Part shown: piece after piece, positions 1 to 8,215 of the stretch
How the letters are laid out: each line of letters starts with the position of its first letter
How positions within the stretch are numbered: the first letter of the stretch is position 1
Source of the DNA: an uncultured bacterium
GTDB taxonomy: Bacteria; Patescibacteriota; Minisyncoccia; Phycocordibacterales; CAIRYW01
Direction of reading: 5' to 3'
DNA length: 49,907 nt
Assembly: GCA_963766885.1 (NCBI GenBank)
Contig: CAVYBO010000002.1
Coordinates: 241,141 to 291,047 of the forward strand
The notes under the pieces: model-generated
Databases searched by the model: none
Told to the model about the DNA's origin: nothing
The model's input: only the letters and a program-made list of their open reading frames with translations
Program-made: the position numbers and the translations under genes

Positions 1-25
1 TCAGGCAAGAAGAGAGTTAAGATAA

Positions 26-547
26 ATGGCTAAGAAACAGTTTGAATCAGTATTTCTACAAGCTCTTGAAGAATTTGGAACAATTACAGCAGCTTGCAAG
101 AAATCAGGAATATCCAGAGCGACAATCGACCGATGGAAGAAAAGTTATTTCGGCTTCAGTGACCTGATGGATGGGGCCATGCAGAGAGGTGTGGCAAAAC
201 GCAGTGATGCTGTTGAATCGGCGCTTGTCAAAAATGCTATGAACGGAAACGTAGTCGCTCAAAAATATTTCCTTCAATACAATCATCAGAAATATAAAAG
301 GATTCCTGATTATATTGCTGAAAGTAAATTTGGTTTTTGGATAGATAAAGAAGAGCTTTATCATAGGTGGGCAAAAGTTATGACTGAAAAAGCAGAGAAA
401 GCTAAAGACAAAGAGAAAACTATAGAGGAATTGGAAGCTGAACTCCATAAAAGAAAACTCATGGAGAAAATAAAAGACATTTTGGGTGAGAATGGATCAC
501 AGTCAGAAAATTTAGAGGGAGATGAAAAGGAAGATATTTCTAGCTAA
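26..547 (+). CDS. Phage-type helix-turn-helix protein (terminase small-subunit-like / homeodomain-like)
   Basis: HTH-like segment FGTITAACKKSGISRATIDRWKK near the N-terminus, followed by a highly charged K/E-rich tail. Resemblance to phage TerS-type HTH proteins was judged by eye only. Confidence 0.4.
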   Translation: MAKKQFESVFLQALEEFGTITAACKKSGISRATIDRWKKSYFGFSDLMDGAMQRGVAKRSDAVESALVKNAMNGNVVAQKYFLQYNHQKYKRIPDYIAESKFGFWIDKEELYHRWAKVMTEKAEKAKDKEKTIEELEAELHKRKLMEKIKDILGENGSQSENLEGDEKEDISS

Positions 548-562
548 TTTTTACTTTGACCT

Positions 563-1114
563 TTAAACTACCGAAGCGCTCTTGAGACGATTACATCTGC
601 CACAAAGTATTTGTAAATTTTCTGGTGTATTTGCACCACCCAGAGAAACAGGAATGATGTGATCATACTGAAGTTCAACACGAGAACCACATTTTTGACA
701 CTTACGATCATCTCTCTCCCAAACCAAAAGTCTTACGTCATCAGGAATACCACTCCGCTGTACTTTTTCTGGTTGGGTTACTAAAGTGGCTATTGTCCTT
801 GCATTGTTAATGCGCTGTTTTTTTAATTTATCGCGAGTAATTAATAAAGCTGCAACTTCATTCGCTTTTAAGTTATCTGTGTCTTTATAGAAATTATTTC
901 TGAAAAACCAATAAGATTCACCTTGGCATTTAAAACCAAACGGTAGAACATCAGACTTCTGTATGCAGTTATTTATATACTTAATGCGATCTTCTCCTAT
1001 TATGTACCCAACATTGAATGTTGATTTACCTATGTATAATTTTATATATACAGCTGGAGTTTTTGATTCGAGAGACACAAACGACCACCATGCATTGTTA
1101 ATTTTCTGTAACAT
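563..1114 (-). CDS. HNH endonuclease with an unrecognised ~110-aa N-terminal domain
   Basis: C-terminal motif CQKCGSRVELQYDHIIPVSLGGANTPENLQILCGRCNRLK, with two CxxC pairs plus H..N..H. Starts 4 nt after the stop of the upstream ORF. Confidence 0.8.
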   Translation of the reverse strand: MLQKINNAWWSFVSLESKTPAVYIKLYIGKSTFNVGYIIGEDRIKYINNCIQKSDVLPFGFKCQGESYWFFRNNFYKDTDNLKANEVAALLITRDKLKKQRINNARTIATLVTQPEKVQRSGIPDDVRLLVWERDDRKCQKCGSRVELQYDHIIPVSLGGANTPENLQILCGRCNRLKSASVV

Positions 1115-1118
1115 ATAT

Positions 1119-1565
1119 TTATATTCCCAGAAGTTGTTTTTTCTTTGTACTAAATTCTTCTTCTGTAATTACCCCTTTTTCTTTAAGTAAAGCCAGTTTT
1201 TCAAGATCATCAAGTCCGCTTGTTTTTTTGTTGTGATTACCAATCCGTTCTTCTATAAGTTGTTTTGCTTCTTCAAATAATTTATTTTTACCTGCAGAAA
1301 AAGTAATACTGTTACTGTCTATTGCTGACTCAAGTAAACCACCAGTAATTGAGGCACTTCCTTGAAGAGTAATTCTTATGTACCCAACAGTTATACCTCC
1401 TCTTTTAAGTTCAACCGCTATAATTCCTGAATACGGAATTGTTTTATCACCACGAAGACGAAAGCCTCCGAATAAAATATCTCTGAACCTTTTCTTACTT
1501 ATAGTGACCCCAGTGTCAGTGATTGTAAGAATACCGTCCCTACCTTTAAATTCTTTTTGAGCCAT
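1119..1565 (-). CDS. PH-like (DUF4429/YokE-like) plus SHOCT domain protein
   Basis: C-terminal SHOCT-like motif LEKLALLKEKGVITEEEFSTKKKQLLG. Beta-rich N-terminal part (GILTITDTGVTISKK...GYIRITLQG) is typical of bacterial PH-like domains. Forms an operon with the HNH gene. Confidence 0.6.
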   Translation of the reverse strand: MAQKEFKGRDGILTITDTGVTISKKRFRDILFGGFRLRGDKTIPYSGIIAVELKRGGITVGYIRITLQGSASITGGLLESAIDSNSITFSAGKNKLFEEAKQLIEERIGNHNKKTSGLDDLEKLALLKEKGVITEEEFSTKKKQLLGI

Positions 1566-1760
1566 GATATTTTAAAATAATTTGTAAATGTACGGAGGTA
1601 TTACAACAAAAAACCCTCCGCAAGGGTGAGAGCTTACGCTCTCCACATCCGTTTCCAGATATGGCCAGTGACGACATCCCCTATACGAAGGGTTTTTTAG
1701 TCGTCACTGGACTCTTTTCACCATGCCCAGCGACTCGCTGGGTTTAGGCTACTTTCTTTA
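1566..1760 (-). promoter_or_regulatory. GC-enriched structured leader or small ncRNA upstream of the PH-SHOCT/HNH operon
   Basis: Four hairpins in about 150 nt: cggagg/cctccg at 1593-1620; gagagc-ttac-gctctc at about 1629-1644 (GUAA tetraloop on the minus strand); perfect 11-bp stem ccagtgacgac/gtcgtcactgg at 1665-1710; cccagcg-act-cgctggg at 1726-1742. A U6 run follows a short alternative stem on the minus strand. Confidence 0.4.
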
Positions 1761-1862
1761 TTCAGTTGTCTTAATATAATACCAAATATTATGGCATTAG
1801 GGATACCCTAGCTTAGGTTAGGATTGTTGCGAAGTCTAAGTTACCAACAGTCTGTTATTATT

Positions 1863-2519
1863 ATGTTTATGGAATACCGTAAAAATATTTGGTTCTCACC
1901 GAGAAAAATCCTTGCCCGATATGAGGAAAAAAAGAAAGAATTAGGAAGTAAAATTGAATCTTCAAAATTTAAGATACTGAACGAAGCAAAATCAGTCGCT
2001 ATAATGCTTTTAGGCATTCAAAAAATACAAAGCAGGGAGTATTGGCTCCAACTCGTTGATCCAAAAGAACAAACGCCCGATATTAGAACTGCAACTCATT
2101 TAAAAGAGCTAAGCAATTTCCCCCTTACATATCAAGATGTAGAAGTTGTCACTTTAGAGAAGCATTCAAACGAAGACATTGAGAGTTTTTTAAAGAGAAC
2201 CAAACTTTCCGAATCAAAATCATACCAAGAAGACACAATTATTTTGTGTGTAGTCAATAAAAACATACAAACAAAATCATGGAAAGAAATTAGCAAATCA
2301 CTTGGGCAAATTAAAAACAATGTTGTTGTATATATTTTAGGTAGAACAGATCCTATTGATCCAAAGTACCAAATTGCTTGCGTGTACCCCTCATTCACAC
2401 ATGCAATAAAGTTTGATGTTCAAGAGGAAGTTCTCAAACCGGCTAGAGATACTATGCAATTCAAAAGATCAACAAAAAGATCAGAGCAAAAATCTACTGA
2501 AAATTTTGAGCCTTTTTAG
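1863..2519 (+). CDS. Hypothetical protein (219 aa from the first ATG; ORF opens at 1824 with TTG)
   Basis: Uninterrupted ORF immediately upstream of and co-oriented with the serine recombinase. No motif recognised. Confidence 0.4.
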   Translation: MFMEYRKNIWFSPRKILARYEEKKKELGSKIESSKFKILNEAKSVAIMLLGIQKIQSREYWLQLVDPKEQTPDIRTATHLKELSNFPLTYQDVEVVTLEKHSNEDIESFLKRTKLSESKSYQEDTIILCVVNKNIQTKSWKEISKSLGQIKNNVVVYILGRTDPIDPKYQIACVYPSFTHAIKFDVQEEVLKPARDTMQFKRSTKRSEQKSTENFEPF

Positions 2520-2594
2520 GGTTTAAAGTTACCAACACTTTGCCAACTTGAAGGACTCTAGACTTCCAAACAAGTCTGCGTCATTACTTAGTGT

Positions 2595-3926
2595 ATGAAG
2601 ACAATAGAAAAACCGACAGGAACAGTAATAAAAGAAGTAGTTCCAGTAAAAGTGAAATATGTGCTTTATGCGAGAAAAAGCACTGAGGATTCTGAACGGC
2701 AAATCTTGAGCATTGATAGCCAAATCAAAGAGATGTTGCAACTTGCAGATCGTGACGGCCTTGAAGTTGTAGCAATGAAGAAAGAGTCTCATTCAGCAAA
2801 AGAAACAGGGCAAAGGCCAATATTCAATGAAATTGTTGAAGAAATACGCGAGGGCAAGTACAACGGTATTCTGGCCTGGGCCACTGACCGCATCTCTCGC
2901 AACGCAGGAGATTTAGGTAAAGTTGTAGATTTAATGGACGCAGGAATTCTTCAAGAAATACGAACTTACGGGCAAAGATTTACTAACAATCCAAATGAAA
3001 AGTTTTTATTAATGATTCTTGGTTCTCAAGCAAAATTAGAAAACGATAACAGAGGAATCAACGTTAAACGTGGACTGCGAACAAGAGTAGAGATGGGACT
3101 TTGGCCCGGCATTGCACCGGTTGGATACCAGAACCAGAAACACATGGATAAAAAATGTCAGGTCATTATTGATCCTGACAGAGCACCTATTGTAAAAAAG
3201 ATTTTTGAAAAAATGGCATACGAAAAATGGTCTGGTAGAAAAATATATAATTGGCTCAAGTTTGAATTGAACTTCAAGACTCTGGGAAATCACAATATTG
3301 CTTTAGGGAACCTCTATCGCCTACTGCAAAATTCTTTTTACTACGGCATTTTTGAATATCCTAGAGAATCTGGAAATTGGTATCAAGGCAAGCACGAGCC
3401 GATAATCGATAGAGCTCTCTTTGACAAAGTTCAGGAGCAATTGAAGCGTGACAAGATAGTACGTGAAAATCGAGAATTTGCATTCACAAAGTTATTCAGC
3501 TGTGGCCTCTGTCAATCCGGAATATCGGCAATGGAAAAATACAAACAACTAAAAGATGGAACTTCTGCTAAGTATGTGTACTACTGTTGTTCCAAGGCAA
3601 AAGACAGGAATTGCAAAAATATGTACATCCGCGAAGAAGATTTAATTGAAGAACTTTTCAAAATCATAGACATAGTAGACATCAACGAGTTAGGTATGCG
3701 AATGAAGCTTGAAGAAGAAATCAAGCGATTCAATCGACTTCAGAGACTTGCGGCCAAAGATAAACCGAAGATGCAGATCGACGAGAATGATATTGCTACA
3801 CGCGAATACGCCAAATATGTGCTGCGAGAAGGCACCCCGCTTGAGAAGCGCGAACTGATGGGACATTTGAGAAGTAGACTGGTGCTATTGGATAAAAAAA
3901 TTACCCTATTAAAAGATCAGAATTAA
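2595..3926 (+). CDS. Large serine recombinase (phage-integrase type)
   Basis: N-terminal resolvase catalytic motif YARKSTEDSERQILSIDSQ. Central recombinase domain, Cys-rich zinc ribbon (CGLCQS...YYCCSKAKDRNC) and a coiled-coil C-terminus. 443 aa. Confidence 0.9.
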   Translation: MKTIEKPTGTVIKEVVPVKVKYVLYARKSTEDSERQILSIDSQIKEMLQLADRDGLEVVAMKKESHSAKETGQRPIFNEIVEEIREGKYNGILAWATDRISRNAGDLGKVVDLMDAGILQEIRTYGQRFTNNPNEKFLLMILGSQAKLENDNRGINVKRGLRTRVEMGLWPGIAPVGYQNQKHMDKKCQVIIDPDRAPIVKKIFEKMAYEKWSGRKIYNWLKFELNFKTLGNHNIALGNLYRLLQNSFYYGIFEYPRESGNWYQGKHEPIIDRALFDKVQEQLKRDKIVRENREFAFTKLFSCGLCQSGISAMEKYKQLKDGTSAKYVYYCCSKAKDRNCKNMYIREEDLIEELFKIIDIVDINELGMRMKLEEEIKRFNRLQRLAAKDKPKMQIDENDIATREYAKYVLREGTPLEKRELMGHLRSRLVLLDKKITLLKDQN

Positions 3927-6900
3927 ATGTTTCTGAAATTTTAATAGGCGCATCTACATTATCATCAAGAACCTTGTAAACTTTTGGTACATATTCTTTG
4001 TATGAGGCTTCCTCGCTTCCAACAAAAACAATTTTATCCTGATCTTCAAGTTTAAAATTTTTAAATGTCTCTCTGTGTTTTTTCCAAAATGCGGCTAGTT
4101 TTTCTTTGTCTAAAACCTTGGTGAATTCTCTTATATTTGGTACATATTTCATTCCGTCTTCTCGAGCTGATGCAATTGCATTGGCAAAATTCCTAAAAAG
4201 ATAATCTACAAAATATTCTGCATTTTTTCTTTCTTTTGGATTAAAACAAAATTCGAAAAGATAATCGTTGATAATACCTTTAATTGAATGCTTATCTTCC
4301 TTTCCAGCCGGATCATAATAGCCACATCCAACACCAAGATTTATCTCGTCATTAGCAAGTTGGTAAACAATCAAACTTCCAATGCGAGTTTTCATCTCGG
4401 TGACTTTTTTTTCGACATCAGATTTCTGTACGACACCCTCTGCGATTTTCTCTTCCAAATATTGATTGTACTTTCCAGTAAAGTTAGATACTTGGAGAGC
4501 TGCGATTTCATCAAAGATATTTTTCTTTGTATCAATATAGAGTTTCTTAAATATCACAAACACCCTCTGTGAAATTTCTCTCATTTCTTCTCGCACAATG
4601 TCTTGTGAATTTCCCTGTGTTGGTGCTTTTTCATCTGCATGTTTAGCGATTGCCCTTGATAGGTCGAAGATATCTCCGCCACGATCAGCACTACAAGATA
4701 ACCGGAATATCATTAAATCGTGTAGTCCCAAAACCCCTCTATCTGCGCTAGAAAGTATATCCAAAACACTATCGCCAGCATGTCGCCCTTCTCCAAAAAC
4801 CCATTCCGCTATCTCTTTAATATTCTCTTCAGTATTATGAGAATGCCCTCCTAGAGAATCAGCCCACCCAGCATCATTTAATAATCTCGTTAAGAAATAA
4901 TCTAAATTATGCCGCAAACCAAGGCCAATATCTTGAAACTCAAGCAAAGAATATTCAGTAATACTCTTTAAAAGATACTTAATAATTGCAGTGGCTGGCG
5001 CCGATTTAAGTCCACGGGCATTGTTTACTAAAATTCGCCAGAGTCTTTCTCTGGACCCTTCGCCAAAGTTGTAATCAAATTTTGGATCTAAAAAGGCTGA
5101 GTCGACCGTGATTGATTCTCCGACGATCTTGTCTCTCCAGTTCACATAGAAACGATGTTGACCAATCTCTACTGGTTTCGATAGATTCACTATCAAATCT
5201 AGATATGTCTCAAGATTTCTACCATTAGTCCATCCACCGTTAAAGCAAGCTAACGAAGTGCGCACATCTTCTGGAACATTGTCAATTTCTGCGTAACTAT
5301 TATTTTCAGGAAAACTGTCCCGAGAATTTTTTAATCTGACATCAACATTAAATACTTGATCCAAAAGAAAGCGTTGGTGGCTATCTTCTGGAAATTTTTT
5401 TATATAGTCTTGATAGTAAGTTGAATTTTTATATGCCGTTTCCCTCGCCCCCTGTTGTTTTTTGGGATATCCGTCATCATAAGGTACAACTAGAGAAAAG
5501 AAACCTCGGCCGCCTTTTGTTTCCGTATCGTAAATCTTCCTAAAAATACTTGGGTAATGAATATAGATAAGCAACAGGTTAACTAAATCTCTTTTATCAA
5601 AATCTGTATTTTGGAAATCTGTATTTTGAAGATCAAACATTACAACTGTATTAATCAATCTTTTAATTTTTCTTACATCCCCAATAAATGGCAGATATTT
5701 ATGGTATGCGGATGATTCATAAATATCCAACAAGCCACCAATAGCCTGTCGCATTGGCAGTGGGTCAACAAGACTACTAGTAAGCACTTTTTCTAGATTA
5801 TCTGACACATATTTCGCAAGATCTTTTCTATCCAAGTAAAGACTAATTTTAATGTTCACAAATTTCTCTAAAAACTCACTGATTTTTTCTGAGTCGTGGT
5901 TTTCAGCTTCTAGCACGCCAATATTTTCTGTGTCGTAGCAAATAACATATGATATGTTCGGAAATGCAAAACTTTTTCTGATTACAAATAATATATCTTT
6001 GATTTCAGCGAAGCTGATTCTATCAAGATCATCAATAACGACAATTACTTTTTTAGGAAATCTTTTTAGAATTGCACTTAGATCATCACATGCCTCGTCA
6101 GCTGTATAATTGACCGTAAAATTTGGTAAATTGATGCCAAATAATGAAAAGCGCTTTACCTCTCTTAAAAGACGAGCATACCTAGAAATTAGGGGTCTTA
6201 TCTCCGGAATGAAGGCGTCCTTTTGAATAGCGTGAACTAGCCCGTCAATAAATACATCCAGAAGACTTGGTGTGCCTAAATATCGTAATGGACTAAACTT
6301 GTAAACCACTGTTTCATTTGGATGATTTTCTTTCCAATAGTCCCTACAAAAGTTAATAAAAGTCGATTTACCGATTCCCCAAGGTGCATCGATTCCAAAT
6401 ACAAAACTCTCGGGTGATCCACCATTGAAAACCTGTTCGGAAAATCTGTTAGCTTTTTCTGCAAAATTCAATAGATCATTTTCCCTGCCTTCTAGTTCAG
6501 CATCGACAACAAAAAAAGAATCTCTTTCTTTGTCCTTCCAAAGTAACTGTCTATACATAACTAGAATTCCTAAAATGAAAGGCCCAGAAATAATCGTTAA
6601 GATTTGTTTGATATCTAAAAATGAAACAATATTTGAATCCGAAGCAGACAAAAAACCTCCCCACGCAAGACTAAGCCAGATTCCAAAACAAAATGAAACC
6701 AGAACATCTACGCGCCAGCTTTTGACTATCTTTTTTAAGTCAGAAAAGAAACCTCGTGCTAGTAAATAAATTATTAGAAATAAAATGGCAGCAAAACAGA
6801 ATGCTACTGCCTGGTATTCATAGTTACCAACGTAAATCCATTTATTTATTTTGCCAGAAACTGTTGATGAAAAACGCCAAATTTCTGCACTCAAGACGCC

Positions 6901-7008
6901 GATAAATGTTATTTTAATTAGTACCACTAGATTAGCCGTTATAATCTGAAAATCAGATAGTAATTCTTTGGATCTAGTAATATGTTTTTTTATTGAATAA
7001 AAGTCCAT
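3901..7008 (-). CDS. KAP-family P-loop NTPase, membrane-anchored, 1035 aa
   Basis: Walker A in KAP-typical context FGIDAPWGIGKSTFINF and Walker B KKVIVVIDDLDR. About four hydrophobic helices in the first ~160 aa. The 3' end overlaps the convergent recombinase gene by 26 nt. Confidence 0.8.
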   Translation of the reverse strand: MDFYSIKKHITRSKELLSDFQIITANLVVLIKITFIGVLSAEIWRFSSTVSGKINKWIYVGNYEYQAVAFCFAAILFLIIYLLARGFFSDLKKIVKSWRVDVLVSFCFGIWLSLAWGGFLSASDSNIVSFLDIKQILTIISGPFILGILVMYRQLLWKDKERDSFFVVDAELEGRENDLLNFAEKANRFSEQVFNGGSPESFVFGIDAPWGIGKSTFINFCRDYWKENHPNETVVYKFSPLRYLGTPSLLDVFIDGLVHAIQKDAFIPEIRPLISRYARLLREVKRFSLFGINLPNFTVNYTADEACDDLSAILKRFPKKVIVVIDDLDRISFAEIKDILFVIRKSFAFPNISYVICYDTENIGVLEAENHDSEKISEFLEKFVNIKISLYLDRKDLAKYVSDNLEKVLTSSLVDPLPMRQAIGGLLDIYESSAYHKYLPFIGDVRKIKRLINTVVMFDLQNTDFQNTDFDKRDLVNLLLIYIHYPSIFRKIYDTETKGGRGFFSLVVPYDDGYPKKQQGARETAYKNSTYYQDYIKKFPEDSHQRFLLDQVFNVDVRLKNSRDSFPENNSYAEIDNVPEDVRTSLACFNGGWTNGRNLETYLDLIVNLSKPVEIGQHRFYVNWRDKIVGESITVDSAFLDPKFDYNFGEGSRERLWRILVNNARGLKSAPATAIIKYLLKSITEYSLLEFQDIGLGLRHNLDYFLTRLLNDAGWADSLGGHSHNTEENIKEIAEWVFGEGRHAGDSVLDILSSADRGVLGLHDLMIFRLSCSADRGGDIFDLSRAIAKHADEKAPTQGNSQDIVREEMREISQRVFVIFKKLYIDTKKNIFDEIAALQVSNFTGKYNQYLEEKIAEGVVQKSDVEKKVTEMKTRIGSLIVYQLANDEINLGVGCGYYDPAGKEDKHSIKGIINDYLFEFCFNPKERKNAEYFVDYLFRNFANAIASAREDGMKYVPNIREFTKVLDKEKLAAFWKKHRETFKNFKLEDQDKIVFVGSEEASYKEYVPKVYKVLDDNVDAPIKISETFNSDLLIG

Positions 7009-7064
7009 TGAACCTCAACAATAGCAAAAATTTACACCTCTTTAAAGACTACCTCTAATGTATT

Positions 7065-7103
7065 CGACCCCTATGGGTCGCCCCAGACCCTTAGGGGTCT
7101 GGG
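7065..7103. other. Two adjacent GC-rich hairpins between the KAP gene and the tRNA-Ser 3' end
   Basis: cgaccc-ctat-gggtcg (7065-7080) is directly followed by cccagaccc-ttag-gggtctggg (7082-7103). No U-tract on either strand. Confidence 0.5.
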
Positions 7104-7128
7104 TCACAAAACTACCAGATTTATAGGG

Positions 7129-7215
7129 CGGAGGGTAGGAGATTTGAACTCCTGATGGGATTTCTCCCATACTGCCTTTCCAAGGCAGCGCACTAGACCG
7201 CTATGCGAACCCTCC
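7129..7215 (-). tRNA. tRNA-Ser (anticodon GGA), class II with long variable arm
   Basis: Minus-strand cloverleaf. Acceptor GGAGGGT/ACCCTCC; anticodon stem CTGCC/GGCAG with loop TTGGAAA; variable arm ATGGGA-GAAA-TCCCAT; T arm AGGAG-TTCAAAT-CTCCT; discriminator G. CCA is not encoded. Confidence 0.88.
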
Positions 7216-7235
7216 TTATTTAATTTGTATTTCAA

Positions 7236-7260
7236 CACTAGACCGCTGGGCAAACCTTCC
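7236..7260 (-). pseudogene. Degenerate fragment of a class-II tRNA 5' part (acceptor plus D arm)
   Basis: Minus-strand GGAAGGTTTGCCCAGCGGTCTAGTG matches GGAGGGTTCGCATAGCGGTCTAGTG of the intact tRNA-Ser at 21 of 25 positions. It sits 20 nt upstream of that tRNA and has no anticodon or T arm. Confidence 0.6.
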
Positions 7261-7302
7261 AAACGAGTATTAGATTACCACAACAAAAATAATTTTCTCA
7301 AA

Positions 7303-8202
7303 TTAATTATTCTGCAGCGCTGCAATCCTTTCTTCAATCGGTGGATGAGTTAAAAATAGTTTTGCCATCCAGCTGATTTTTTTGTTGTTTGGCCCAAACG
7401 GATTTGAAATATAGAGATGAGCTGTGGCAGTGTTTGGATGAAGCATCGGCGCGTCATAACTTTCTATTTTTTGGAGCGCTGAAATCAAGCCCTCAGGATA
7501 CCGAGTCAGAAGAGCGCCGGAAGCGTCCGCCAAAAGCTCTCTTTTTCGAGAAATTGCAAGCTGGATTAACGTTGCAACAATCGGCGTAAGAATTGCAAAA
7601 ATAATTCCTATCACGGCCAAAATTAATCCCCCTTCACCCTCATTGTTGTTTCTTCTACCGCCTCCAAGCCACATGCTGCGGATGAAAATATTTGAAAGAA
7701 GAGACACAAAACCAACAAGCACCACAACCATTGTCGAAATCAAAATGTCCCTGTTGCCAATGTGAGAAAGCTCGTGGGCAATTACACCTTCAAGCTCGCT
7801 TCTGTTCATCATTCCAAGCAAGCCCGAAGTGACTGCCACGCTTGCGTGAGTTTTGTTGCGGCCCGTGGCAAATGCGTTTGGCGAAGGATCTGCAATAATA
7901 TAAAGCTTTGGCATCGGAAGACCAGCAGTGATGGAAAGATTTTCTACAACGTTGTAGAGATCGGTATATTCCTCTCTGCTTGCAGGCACGGCTTTGGAAA
8001 CTTTGAGCGCGATTTTATCCGAAAACCAATAACTAAAAACATTCATTACAATACTAAAAATTATTGCTATGTAGAGAATCGCCGGACTGTCGTAGTAGTA
8101 GCTGAAAAATCCTCCGAGTGCCACTACCACAGCCAAGAAAAATCCCATCAGGACCCAAGTCTTTGCAACGTTTTCAGTTTGATGTGTGTAAAGTGTAGCC
8201 AT
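7303..8202 (-). CDS. htpX: Zinc metalloprotease HtpX (peptidase M48)
   Basis: HELSHIGNRD zinc motif, four TM segments and a conserved C-terminal THPPIEERI. Confidence 0.92.
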   Translation of the reverse strand: MATLYTHQTENVAKTWVLMGFFLAVVVALGGFFSYYYDSPAILYIAIIFSIVMNVFSYWFSDKIALKVSKAVPASREEYTDLYNVVENLSITAGLPMPKLYIIADPSPNAFATGRNKTHASVAVTSGLLGMMNRSELEGVIAHELSHIGNRDILISTMVVVLVGFVSLLSNIFIRSMWLGGGRRNNNEGEGGLILAVIGIIFAILTPIVATLIQLAISRKRELLADASGALLTRYPEGLISALQKIESYDAPMLHPNTATAHLYISNPFGPNNKKISWMAKLFLTHPPIEERIAALQNN

Positions 8203-8215
8203 TTTTATTTTTTAT

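Larger units (their letters stand above)
1..7260. mobile_element. Integrase-proximal end of an integrated element (prophage-like island) beside tRNA-Ser; left boundary is outside the window
   Basis: Cluster of phage-type HTH protein, HNH nuclease, large serine recombinase and KAP NTPase in mixed orientation. It abuts the 3' end of tRNA-Ser(GGA). A degenerate 25-nt copy of the tRNA 5' part lies at 7236-7260. Housekeeping genes begin at 7303. Confidence 0.55.

Noticed and set aside
1661-1750. 29-codon plus-strand mini-ORF (MASDDIPYTKGF...) inside the structured island leader
   Set aside because: It coincides exactly with the stems of the hairpins, has no RBS and is too short to support.
5595-5630. 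15-nt tandem duplication (aaatctgtattttgg / aaatctgtattttga) inside the KAP NTPase gene
   Set aside because: It is an in-frame duplication encoding QNTDFQNTDF. It is a minor slippage-type repeat and not an independent feature.
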